Positions 8,122 to 16,207 of a stretch of 36,129 nt of DNA are shown in pieces. The stretch is taken from IMG/VR virus record IMGVR_UViG_3300016722_000007, positions 1 to 36,129 of that record; one strand, given 5' to 3'. The notes below the pieces were generated by a model that saw nothing but the letters and a program-made list of their open reading frames with translations, ran no database searches and had not been told where the DNA came from. The position numbers and the translations under genes are program-made. Source of the DNA: a virus. Lineage: Duplodnaviria; Caudoviricetes. How positions within the stretch are numbered: position 1 is the first letter of the stretch; each line of letters starts with the position of its first letter.

Positions 8122-8781
8122 ATGAAATTCAGAATATTCTCTCCGGTCTTGCTTAACGTCCTGCGTGCTTGCGATTCGACTGCATTGAAAGCGGCGACGC
8201 GACCCATGCTTATGGCAACCGTGATGAGCGTTCGCGCGTCCGAGGACGGAAAATCGGGAATCTGCCGATTCCTTAGCTGCGATTCTTCCATCGCCTTCAC
8301 CGAGACGGTCGAATGGCGGAAGTACGATTCGGACAAAGGCGATTTCGTCGCGGTATCCGGGAAGTGCCAATTCGAAGGGAAGAGAGTAATCGCGCTTCTC
8401 AAGGCCCATCAGTTCATCAACAAGATCCCGCAGGAAATTACCATCATGGACACGGAAGATAAAGTCTCGTTCTGGCTTGGCGACGATTTCTTCGCCGTTC
8501 CAAAGATCGCCGGCGAGTATCCGCTAGATACGGACGACCCCTACAAAATGGCCGAAAAAAGGGAATTGTGCATTCCCGTGGCCTTCAGCATCAGAATCCT
8601 CCGTCAGACAATCGATGCCGCCGCAATGTGCGGGAATGATGGCGTCATTACTTTGTACATCCCAAAGGAAAACGACCAGAACCACCTTCATGCCAACCAG
8701 GCTTCAATCGCGGTTGATCAACGCGGAGGGAAGGAAGCTGCGATCATCATGACGCAAATGCGTTTTCGGAAAGACTATTAG
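8122..8781 (+). CDS. DNA polymerase III beta-clamp-like protein (about two clamp domains)
   Basis: 219 aa; TRPML, FLSCD, KIAGEYP, VAFSIRILRQTI and terminal IIMTQMR parallel DnaN motifs RPxL, vATD, l.G.yP, .aFN..Yl.d.l and imP.R. Confidence 0.55.
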   Translation: MKFRIFSPVLLNVLRACDSTALKAATRPMLMATVMSVRASEDGKSGICRFLSCDSSIAFTETVEWRKYDSDKGDFVAVSGKCQFEGKRVIALLKAHQFINKIPQEITIMDTEDKVSFWLGDDFFAVPKIAGEYPLDTDDPYKMAEKRELCIPVAFSIRILRQTIDAAAMCGNDGVITLYIPKENDQNHLHANQASIAVDQRGGKEAAIIMTQMRFRKDY

Positions 8782-8800
8782 CAAAAGGGAGGCTAGAACA

Positions 8801-9079
8801 ATGGTTTTGCATCAATTAAAGATCCGAGACGAATTCTATCAACAGGTTAAGCGCGGAGCTAAGACTTTCGAGGTTCGCAAAAATGACCGTGACTATAAGA
8901 CGGGAGACCTCGTGACGTTCAGCGTTTTGACCAAGGCGATGAACGCCATTGGCGACATCAACACATACACCGATGGCGAGGTCTATCAGATAACGTGCGT
9001 TCTCACGCATGACCAATTCCCCGATGGAATTGCCGAAGGGTACTGCGTTTTCGGAATAAAGAGAATGGCGAGGATGTGA
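8801..9079 (+). CDS. DUF3850 / ASCH-PUA domain protein
   Basis: HQLKI...Y..V..G.KTFEVRKNDRDYKTGD signature. Confidence 0.85.
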   Translation: MVLHQLKIRDEFYQQVKRGAKTFEVRKNDRDYKTGDLVTFSVLTKAMNAIGDINTYTDGEVYQITCVLTHDQFPDGIAEGYCVFGIKRMARM

Positions 9080-9081
9080 CC

Positions 9082-9252
9082 ATGACAAAGGAAGAGGGCG
9101 AAAAAGCACTGAAGGAATTCACAACCCCTTTGGCCACGTTCATTCGCCATCCCGAAGGAACCTTCCTTCGTTTGAACAAAGAGGAAGGGGCGAAACTCTA
9201 CTTCCTTTTGAAAGATTTTGGAGGAATGCCCGATGATTGGCACCGGGCCTGA
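9082..9252 (+). CDS. Small hypothetical protein (56 aa, not in the ORF track)
   Basis: MTKEEGEKALKEF...DDWHRA* fills the gap between neighbours; GAGG upstream. Confidence 0.55.
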   Translation: MTKEEGEKALKEFTTPLATFIRHPEGTFLRLNKEEGAKLYFLLKDFGGMPDDWHRA

Positions 9253-9257
9253 AACTT

Positions 9258-10025
9258 ATGAATGATCAAAAAGACGGTATCGAATGGTGCAACGCAACCC
9301 TGAACCCCGTTGTTGGCTGCAAAAACGGCTGTCCATATTGCTACGCGAAGGCCTTAAGCGAAGAAAGAAAACTCATTAAGGATTTCAGAGACCCCAAGTT
9401 CTTTCCGGAGAGAATCCAGGAATTGGACAAGACCTGGGACAAAGCCATTTTCCTTGACTCGATGTCCGACATCCAATGGTGGCCGGAAGAGGTTTTCGAG
9501 ATAATCCAAGGCCATCTTCATCGGGGAAACCACTACATCATGCTCACGAAGATGTCCTTCGCCGAATTGATGGAGAAGCTTCCTTCCAGATTCAGGGACT
9601 TTTGGAAAAACCAAAGGGGGAAGTGCCAGTTCGTTTGGATCGGATGCACGGCGGAGGACTCTGATAAATGCTATCAGCGCAATGGCATCGCATTCGACTT
9701 CCTCTCCGTCGAGCCATTGTTTGGCCCGTTCCATCTGTCGCTGATCGCAAAATACGCCAAGGAAGTGGGAATCAAAGCCGTCATTTGCGGGGCGGAGACG
9801 GGGAACTACAGCGGGAAAAGGAAACTGCCCGATCGGGACGACGGCCTGAGACTTATAGAGGATTGCGCCGAATTGAGAATTCCGCTTTTCTTCAAGAATT
9901 CGATGCGGCAAACGATGGGAAATGAGTTCAAGCAAGAAAAACTGCCATGGTCCACGGACCATCAGAAAAAAGACCAGAAGCCCGAGTTCATCCAAATGTC
10001 ATTGTTCGGCGGGGGGTGGTTTTAA
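9258..10025 (+). CDS. DUF5131 (phage Gp37/Gp68) radical-SAM-like protein
   Basis: IEW...TLNPVVGCKNGCPYCYA (CxxxCxxC), SMSD, LTK, SVEPL, ICGAETG, PLFFK. Confidence 0.88.
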   Translation: MNDQKDGIEWCNATLNPVVGCKNGCPYCYAKALSEERKLIKDFRDPKFFPERIQELDKTWDKAIFLDSMSDIQWWPEEVFEIIQGHLHRGNHYIMLTKMSFAELMEKLPSRFRDFWKNQRGKCQFVWIGCTAEDSDKCYQRNGIAFDFLSVEPLFGPFHLSLIAKYAKEVGIKAVICGAETGNYSGKRKLPDRDDGLRLIEDCAELRIPLFFKNSMRQTMGNEFKQEKLPWSTDHQKKDQKPEFIQMSLFGGGWF

Positions 10026-10684
10026 TGGGACGAAACAACAGGCCGATCCTCACCCTCGAGCAGGACGCTTACCTCCGGTCTGTGATACCCGGGACGACCG
10101 GCGCCCAGCAATCGGAGGCGATGCTCAAGAGGTTCGGCGTCCGGATGACTGTGACCCAGCTGGACTCGTGGAGGGGCAACCACCACGTATCTAGTGGTCG
10201 AACTGGTTGGTTTAGGAAAGGTGTGGCTCCGGCTAACAAAGGCAAGCCGATGCCAGCGGAGGTATATGCCAAGGCTAAAGCCACGATGTTCAAGAAAGGC
10301 AACAAGCCTTGGAACGACCGATTTAAGGTGGGCGACCGGAGGATCGTCCGGGACAGCAATCGCATAAGGAGCACTTGGTTTGAGAAGGTATCAGACCGGG
10401 GCGGGCACTGGGATAGGTGGCGCCCCGTGTCCCATCTGACCCTTGAAAGGGCCGGAAGGCCGGTGCCAAAGGACTGCGTGGTCGTCCACCTTGACGGGAA
10501 CAGCCTAAACGACGCCATCGAGAACCTTGCCATCGTCGAGAAGAGCATCTACCCCCTGATGAACCGAAAGAAGCTGATCTCCGCAGAACCGGAGGCGATG
10601 GCTGCCGGCAAGGCGCTAGCCAGAATGAGCTCGAGAGCCTCCCGCCTGCAGACGAAGGCCAGAAAGAAAAGAAAGAAGGACTGA
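10025..10684 (+). CDS. HNH endonuclease-like protein
   Basis: FRKG..PANKG and FKKGNKPWN repeats; PVPKDCVVVHLDGNSLNDAIENL; ATG at 10025 overlaps the previous stop. Confidence 0.8.
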   Translation: MGRNNRPILTLEQDAYLRSVIPGTTGAQQSEAMLKRFGVRMTVTQLDSWRGNHHVSSGRTGWFRKGVAPANKGKPMPAEVYAKAKATMFKKGNKPWNDRFKVGDRRIVRDSNRIRSTWFEKVSDRGGHWDRWRPVSHLTLERAGRPVPKDCVVVHLDGNSLNDAIENLAIVEKSIYPLMNRKKLISAEPEAMAAGKALARMSSRASRLQTKARKKRKKD

Positions 10685-10687
10685 AAT

Positions 10688-11152
10688 ATGCCGCAGAACA
10701 AAATGATTGACCTCCAAAACCACCTCTTTGAGGAGATGGAGAGGCTGAACGACGAGGAGGCCATGAAGGATCCCGAATACGCCAAGCGCGAGATCTCAAG
10801 GGCCCGGGCCATGGCCGGCATTGGAACCGTCATGGTCAACAACACCAACAACGCGATTAAGGCCCAGAAACTCGTCGCCGAGAATCCGGGGATAGTGCTG
10901 GATTCCGTGCCTTTGCTGAACCCAGGGGAAGAGCCGAAGGCTCCAGCCGGGGCAATTGAAGCCCCCAAATCTGAGAAACCCGCCGGGATCAAGGCCGTCC
11001 CATCGCCGGAGAAGCCGACCGAGGTCCAGGGAAACAAATTCGCCGCGGCCTGCCGGAGGGGCAGAGGCATCGCATTCTGCCAGGAATGCGTCCGGCATGG
11101 AAGTTGCGCGACGGAAAGATTTGCCCCCGCATCGGGACAGGAGGGCAAATAA
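10688..11152 (+). CDS. Conserved hypothetical phage protein
   Basis: NKMIDLQNHLFEEMERLND...EISRARAM pattern; AAGGA RBS. Confidence 0.75.
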   Translation: MPQNKMIDLQNHLFEEMERLNDEEAMKDPEYAKREISRARAMAGIGTVMVNNTNNAIKAQKLVAENPGIVLDSVPLLNPGEEPKAPAGAIEAPKSEKPAGIKAVPSPEKPTEVQGNKFAAACRRGRGIAFCQECVRHGSCATERFAPASGQEGK

Positions 11153-11153
11153 G

Positions 11154-11498
11154 ATGCCTAACACAAAATGCCGAATCTGCGGATGCGACGACAACCACGC
11201 ATGCGTCACAAAGGAGGGGCCTTGCCATTGGGTCAAGAAAGACCTATGCAGCGCGTGCTCCGATTTGCTGAAACGCTACCCGCAGCTAACGGAGCAGGAT
11301 CTTAATAAAATCATCGCCGAGGCGAAAAGGTTTGGCATAAACCCGATCTTGGCCATCAGGCGTTCATTGTCCCAAAAGATTATGGACGTTTCGGAATACT
11401 CATCCATCCGCGCAGCCATCGACCAGATTGAATGGAAGTTCGCGAAAAAAAAAGATCGCCGCGATGTATCTCAAAAGGAGACTTCGCGACCTTTATGA
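11154..11498 (+). CDS. Hypothetical protein with N-terminal Cys-rich (Zn-binding) domain
   Basis: CRICGC....AC.....CHWV..DLCSAC; GGAGG RBS before ATG 11154. Confidence 0.7.
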   Translation: MPNTKCRICGCDDNHACVTKEGPCHWVKKDLCSACSDLLKRYPQLTEQDLNKIIAEAKRFGINPILAIRRSLSQKIMDVSEYSSIRAAIDQIEWKFAKKKDRRDVSQKETSRPL

Positions 11499-11528
11499 AT
11501 CTCCGGCCAACAAGAAGGAGGCCAAACA

Positions 11529-12545
11529 ATGAAGAAAGCAAACAAGGAGCTGAGGAAAGCCGTCAAATCGCTTTCTTATTACCTCGACAAAGACCAGATT
11601 AGGAAAGGCATCATCGATTTCTTCGGATCGTTCAGCCCTTACCTAGTCCAGCTCGGCGTCGGCATACCCTACGATTTCGTGGATCAGAAATTCCGAAGGT
11701 CGTTCGGCGAAGAGGCCATCGGATGGGATTTCTTCTTCAAGGGATTCCCGATCAAGGACGTTTATAACGAGCTTGCCAACGCCTATTACCATGCGGAGTC
11801 CTACTTTTCCGGTCTTCTTCTCAAGAACGAGATCCGGACACTCGGCAAGAGTTGGACCTTCGTCTACGAGCTCACCATATCCGGCCACACAATCGCCGAT
11901 TTCGCCGCCTTCCCGAAAGAGAAGGGGAGGGGTTCGATCGGCATAGAGATCAAGACCGACCTCGACTCTCTGAATCGGCTTGACCATCAGCTAACCGATT
12001 ATTACCGGCTGTTTGATACCGTTTGGGTTCTCACCACCGAATCGAAAGCGAAAAAGGTTTTGGAGATAATCGAAAAAAACGCGGTCGATCACCCAACCTG
12101 CAACCATCAGAAGGCTGGGGTTCTCATCCTCAAAGGCAAGAAGGTGGATATGTTCGAATCCGGAAGCTGCGAAATCGGGGAAGAATGGCTAGAAAAGGAC
12201 AAAGAGGAGTACTGGAAGGCTCTATTCGGACTCCTTACCAAGAAAGACCTTTTAAAGATGGTCCCTAAGGAGGTTGATGGTCGCAAATGGTCTTTCAGGA
12301 CACTTTGCTACGACTGGATCACGAGCCATCTCACCATTGGCGGTTTTCGAGCATCCGTCTATTCAGCTATTTCCGCTAAGTATGAGCATCAGTCAGATCT
12401 TGCAGTGTTAGAGGCGAAGAAAGGCTATTACATCTTCTGCCAGCCTGCCTTCAAGTCAGGTTGGGGCAGGTACGACGAGAAGTACAAAAGACTCACCTCG
12501 AGCGAAATGGCCAACAAGGAGGATTCCGGAAATGGACGTCTTTGA
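11529..12545 (+). CDS. sce7726-like PD-(D/E)xK nuclease-fold protein
   Basis: EL.I...IAD...GIEIKTDLDSLNRLDHQL.DY..LFD.VWV; AGGAGG RBS. Confidence 0.7.
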   Translation: MKKANKELRKAVKSLSYYLDKDQIRKGIIDFFGSFSPYLVQLGVGIPYDFVDQKFRRSFGEEAIGWDFFFKGFPIKDVYNELANAYYHAESYFSGLLLKNEIRTLGKSWTFVYELTISGHTIADFAAFPKEKGRGSIGIEIKTDLDSLNRLDHQLTDYYRLFDTVWVLTTESKAKKVLEIIEKNAVDHPTCNHQKAGVLILKGKKVDMFESGSCEIGEEWLEKDKEEYWKALFGLLTKKDLLKMVPKEVDGRKWSFRTLCYDWITSHLTIGGFRASVYSAISAKYEHQSDLAVLEAKKGYYIFCQPAFKSGWGRYDEKYKRLTSSEMANKEDSGNGRL

Positions 12546-12663
12546 AAAGATGTTGCTGATTCTCGGTTGCGCAGGTTTGTTGGCAATCGTCGCCTACGTG
12601 GCAACGGCGATGTTCCTCGTCAGAAAAAGAAAGAAGAGCAAGAAACATGGCAAAAAGAAGTAA
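12532..12663 (+). CDS. Small single-pass membrane protein (43 aa, not in the ORF track)
   Basis: MDVFEKMLLILGCAGLLAIVAYVATAMFLVRKRKKSKKHGKKK*; AGGAGG upstream. Confidence 0.55.
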   Translation: MDVFEKMLLILGCAGLLAIVAYVATAMFLVRKRKKSKKHGKKK

Positions 12664-13372
12664 GTCCCTCAAGACGAACTCCGCTGGTCGGACGATAAAG
12701 TCCTTCAGGGGTTCAAAAAGGACTTTGCCGATAAAAGACCCGATTCAGCGTGGAAAGTTCCTCGGCTGGTTCGACAGGCGCTTCAAGGCGGCAAAAAGCC
12801 CCAAGAAGAAGGAATTGGCCGACCGCGACAGGATGATCATCTACACGGCGATCAACACCGCCTTCAGGTCGGAGGATGTCTTGCAGCTCCGGGTTTCGGA
12901 CGTCATCGATGGCCACATGTCGATCAAGGAGAACAAAACCGGGAAGTTCCAGTCGTTCGACCTGAACGATTCGATCTTCCGGATGCTCAAGGATTACGTC
13001 AGAAGGTATGGGCTGGCTAACAACGATTACCTATTCCAGCCTCAGCAGACGATGTCGCGGAAACGCGGCGTCGGCAAATCCGAGTTCTACCCTTATCCGG
13101 TCACGAGGAACAGGGTCAATCAGGTCATCAACGAAGCTACAGACGCCGTTGGCATCAACTACTCGGTCGGGATGCATGGGCTTCGGAAGACCTTCGGATA
13201 CGTCTACATCAAGGAATTCGGAGGGAACCCGTTCACGTTGCAGAAAATGTACAACCATTCGAATTTGGCCACGACTGAGCGATACGTCATGTGGGCGACC
13301 GAGGATGCCGAGGAAGCCAGAATGAAGATGTCGATAGGATTCGTCACGCCCCATAAAGGTAAAAGGAGATAG
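12647..13372 (+). CDS. Second tyrosine recombinase (catalytic domain only)
   Basis: NTAFRSED, KENKTGK, HGLRKTFG, YNHS and TERY give a complete R-K-H-R-H-Y set in 241 aa. Confidence 0.9.
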   Translation: MAKRSKSLKTNSAGRTIKSFRGSKRTLPIKDPIQRGKFLGWFDRRFKAAKSPKKKELADRDRMIIYTAINTAFRSEDVLQLRVSDVIDGHMSIKENKTGKFQSFDLNDSIFRMLKDYVRRYGLANNDYLFQPQQTMSRKRGVGKSEFYPYPVTRNRVNQVINEATDAVGINYSVGMHGLRKTFGYVYIKEFGGNPFTLQKMYNHSNLATTERYVMWATEDAEEARMKMSIGFVTPHKGKRR

Positions 13373-13374
13373 AC

Positions 13375-13689
13375 ATGAAAGGCGAACTCTTCGTCGCTGT
13401 CGAAAACCTGATCTGCGTCAAGTACGAAGACGACGATTCCGGTCAGTGGATAAAGGAAGGCGCTCCAGTCATCGATGACATCGTGCAGGGGCTCCCGAAG
13501 GTCATCGACGAAATAAAGAAGGGCGACGTATTCACCGTCTATCGCCTAGGCGAGGAGGGATACGACGATTATGGCTGGTGGGATTGCGACGCCATGCTGG
13601 TCGACGGCAGCGGCACGCCAAGGGTCTCTTTATACGAAAAGGACTGGAACGGGGACGATATGTTCCAGCCGAAGGCGGGGAGGAAATAG
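13375..13689 (+). CDS. Hypothetical phage protein
   Basis: AAGGAG RBS; operon-coupled. Confidence 0.7.
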   Translation: MKGELFVAVENLICVKYEDDDSGQWIKEGAPVIDDIVQGLPKVIDEIKKGDVFTVYRLGEEGYDDYGWWDCDAMLVDGSGTPRVSLYEKDWNGDDMFQPKAGRK

Positions 13690-13691
13690 GA

Positions 13692-14039
13692 ATGATCGGC
13701 GAACTGATGGTGTGCGTTTCGGACATTTGGGTCGACAACCTGAAGCTCTTCGGGCAAAAGGTCAGGGCGGTCAAGAAAGGCGACTTGGTCATGATCCTGA
13801 GAAAGACGGATCTGGGCTTTCGGGAATTCTCGCCAAAGGGCGAATTCGACTGCCTCCTCATAAACTCCTATTCGAGGGTGGTGGCCAACATCCAAGACCC
13901 AAACGGGAACTGCCCGATCTGGAAGCACTTCAAAAGAATAAGAAACATCGATGATTTCTCCGAAAGCGAACATTTGCCAAACATTTCGGAGAAACCACAA
14001 AGCGTTATTGAGGTGAAAAACGAGATGAAGCCTCAATGA
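13692..14039 (+). CDS. Hypothetical phage protein
   Basis: GGAGG RBS before ATG 13692; N-terminus (MIGELMVCVSDI) resembles that of the previous ORF (MKGELFVAVENL). Confidence 0.6.
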   Translation: MIGELMVCVSDIWVDNLKLFGQKVRAVKKGDLVMILRKTDLGFREFSPKGEFDCLLINSYSRVVANIQDPNGNCPIWKHFKRIRNIDDFSESEHLPNISEKPQSVIEVKNEMKPQ

Positions 14040-14185
14040 ACAAAAACGTTTGAATGGGTTTTGAAAGTTTACTAGTTTACTAGGCTTTGTGAAGCAAATA
14101 AGAAGAATAAAAAGACGTTAAAGAATAGACGAGTCCTTGCAAATATCCTTCTTGAAACAAAGAACGGAAGAAAAGAGGTACCTGA

Positions 14186-14509
14186 ATGGAAGGCAAAAAC
14201 AAATCAAAAAGAGGGCTTAAACCCATCGGGGATCCGGAGAAGATCCTCCAACTTCGTTGTTCGGCCAAAACCGTGCTTCGGTATTTCGAATCAGTGCCGA
14301 GGAAAAGGCGGTATTCGGCCAAGATGGTCCGCGAGATCATCTCCGCCTGGCTTGAGAGGGATTCCGCTAAAGCTGTGCATCGCCATGATTGCCAGGAGGA
14401 ATCCAGAAGAAGGCACCCGACCTTCATTGCCAGTCCGGAGGACAACACTCTTCCGGCTGGCGTCGACTCCATCACGATCAAAGTTCGGAGAAAGAAGGAC
14501 AAACAATGA
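14186..14509 (+). CDS. Hypothetical basic protein
   Basis: GAGG RBS; stop overlaps the next ATG. Confidence 0.6.
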   Translation: MEGKNKSKRGLKPIGDPEKILQLRCSAKTVLRYFESVPRKRRYSAKMVREIISAWLERDSAKAVHRHDCQEESRRRHPTFIASPEDNTLPAGVDSITIKVRRKKDKQ

Positions 14510-14754
14510 AGAAGACGGCAAAGCACATTGAGCTCTACTACGCCGACATGTACGACATCGTCTTCAACGAAATGAGGCGTGCCGAAGTCCATAAGATCCT
14601 GGCTCCGGGCACCATCGTCACCTTTGGTGCAATCGCCAGTTATGGTCGCTGGGATGACTGCGATAGCCGCTATCTGATTAAGAGAGAGTTCAGATCTAAT
14701 CACAAACTGTTCATCGAATTCAAAAAAATAGGAGGAAAGCCAAATGCCCACTGA
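14506..14754 (+). CDS. Hypothetical phage protein
   Basis: AAGGA RBS; ATGA overlap at 14506-14509. Confidence 0.6.
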   Translation: MKKTAKHIELYYADMYDIVFNEMRRAEVHKILAPGTIVTFGAIASYGRWDDCDSRYLIKREFRSNHKLFIEFKKIGGKPNAH

Positions 14755-15016
14755 ACGAGAGATGCTCCTGATCCAGTACGTCAAGCTGGAAAAATCGCTG
14801 GCGACATCAAACAACACCAACGAAATTATGCTTGAAATGGATGGTTTGAGAGCGCGTTTGAATAACATATTCAAAGACACTTCAGACAAGCGATGGAAAC
14901 TTGCCTATTCCCATTTCGTTTGTGGACTGTCGCTGACCAAATGCGCTGAAAAATTCTACTACTCTCGCGGAGGAGTAGGCAAAATCATCAATCACTATCG
15001 ACATAAAACAAGATAA
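14744..15016 (+). CDS. Putative late-transcription activator (ArpU/RinA-like, sigma4-type HTH)
   Basis: C-terminal GLSLTKCAEKFYYSRGGV HTH-like motif; last early gene before the packaging module; AGGAGG RBS. Confidence 0.55.
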   Translation: MPTEREMLLIQYVKLEKSLATSNNTNEIMLEMDGLRARLNNIFKDTSDKRWKLAYSHFVCGLSLTKCAEKFYYSRGGVGKIINHYRHKTR

Positions 15017-15026
15017 ACGGGAGCGG

Positions 15027-15059
15027 GGCGGGAACGATTAGTGCCCGCCTTTTTCTTTT
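15027..15059 (+). terminator. Intrinsic terminator ending the early operon
   Basis: GGCGGG-aacgattagtg-CCCGCC followed by TTTTTCTTTT. Confidence 0.7.
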
Positions 15060-15161
15060 GCAAAGAGATATTTTCAAAAAAGGAACGACGTCCTCGATCC
15101 TAGAGGCTCCACCTCCGCTCGATGGAAGCGTTCCTTCTAAAAGAAACCAAAGGAGATCACA

Positions 15162-15488
15162 TTGCCATCTGCACAAGGGTCGAAAGTTAACTCCTTCTAT
15201 CATTCGAAGGCTTGGGCCAAGTGCAGGGAGACTGTTGTTCGAATGAGACATGGTGTATGTGAGGTTTGTGGGAAAGCTGGGAGAGAGGTGCATCACAAGG
15301 TTCCGCTGACTGAAAGCAACGTTTCCAATCCGAACGTTAGCATCAATCCAGACAACCTTATGGTCCTATGCAAAGCTTGCCATGACTCCATAAGAAGCGA
15401 AGGGCTGTGTTTAAATCGTTGTTTATTTGCTTCTGATGGAACTGTTTTGGGAGTCAAGGATACCCCCCCGGGGGTCGGTCGAAAATAG
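15162..15488 (+). CDS. Packaging-associated HNH endonuclease (HK97 gp74-like)
   Basis: FYHSKAW..CR...CEVCG....EVHH.......NL..LCKACH, directly upstream of terS; AAGGAG RBS, TTG start. Confidence 0.88.
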   Translation: MPSAQGSKVNSFYHSKAWAKCRETVVRMRHGVCEVCGKAGREVHHKVPLTESNVSNPNVSINPDNLMVLCKACHDSIRSEGLCLNRCLFASDGTVLGVKDTPPGVGRK

Positions 15489-15586
15489 AGCCTAATGGCT
15501 CACCGGGTGGGGAGTGGCGAAATAAAAATTCCCGAAAAATACGAATTCCGAGATGTTAATTCCCGAGAATTCCCAATATTGGGGAA
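15461..15586. other. Probable cos / packaging-initiation region
   Basis: TACCCCCCCGGGGGT, GC-rich CACCGGGTGGGGAG and four AATTCC(C)-core repeats between the HNH gene end and terS. Confidence 0.5.
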
Positions 15587-15622
15587 GACCGGCGTTGAGT
15601 CGCCAAGAAAGGAGGAAATTCG

Positions 15623-16207
15623 ATGGGGCATAGAGGAAGACCGTTGAACGTCACTGGCGTCTACTCGGCAAAACATCATTACACGAAAGCCGAGAAAGTA
15701 AGAATCGCCCAACGAACCGAATCTCTTCAATGCCTGGCGAAGGGCTCTTCTTTGTTGCCTCCTGATTGGATAACGAAGACCTCGTTGGCGATTTTCGATA
15801 ATGTCATCAGCAATTACAAAAAGCTCGATGCCGAGATCCTTTGCGATCTTGACATGAATGCCTTGACGATGTATTGCGATGCTCTTGCCGAATATCTCTA
15901 TTACAAGGATGCCATCCCCAAACTTCGCAAATCCCTTGACGAAGTGCTGGCCGAAGAGGGGTGGAAAGACGATCCGTCCGAGCATTTGAAGAACATTCGC
16001 TTTGCTACGACGGCCCTTCAGACGGCGGAAAGCAATCAAATAAAGCAGCAAAAGCTGTTCATGGATCTTTCGATTGCACTCGGATTGACCCCCGAGGCCC
16101 GATCCCGCTTGGCCGCCATAAAAAGGTCAAAGCAAACAGAAGCAGAAGACCCAGGACTTGCGTTTCTTAAAAAAATAGGTATCTCGCAACCTAACAAGGA
16201 CGCCTAA
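15623..16207 (+). CDS. terS: Terminase small subunit (P27-type)
   Basis: GRP N-terminus, PPDWI, D..AL..YC, LGLTPEARSRL. Confidence 0.88.
   Translation: MGHRGRPLNVTGVYSAKHHYTKAEKVRIAQRTESLQCLAKGSSLLPPDWITKTSLAIFDNVISNYKKLDAEILCDLDMNALTMYCDALAEYLYYKDAIPKLRKSLDEVLAEEGWKDDPSEHLKNIRFATTALQTAESNQIKQQKLFMDLSIALGLTPEARSRLAAIKRSKQTEAEDPGLAFLKKIGISQPNKDA

Noticed and set aside
14080-14889. 269-aa minus-strand ORF
   Set aside because: Overlaps three RBS-bearing, translationally coupled + strand genes; no motif.
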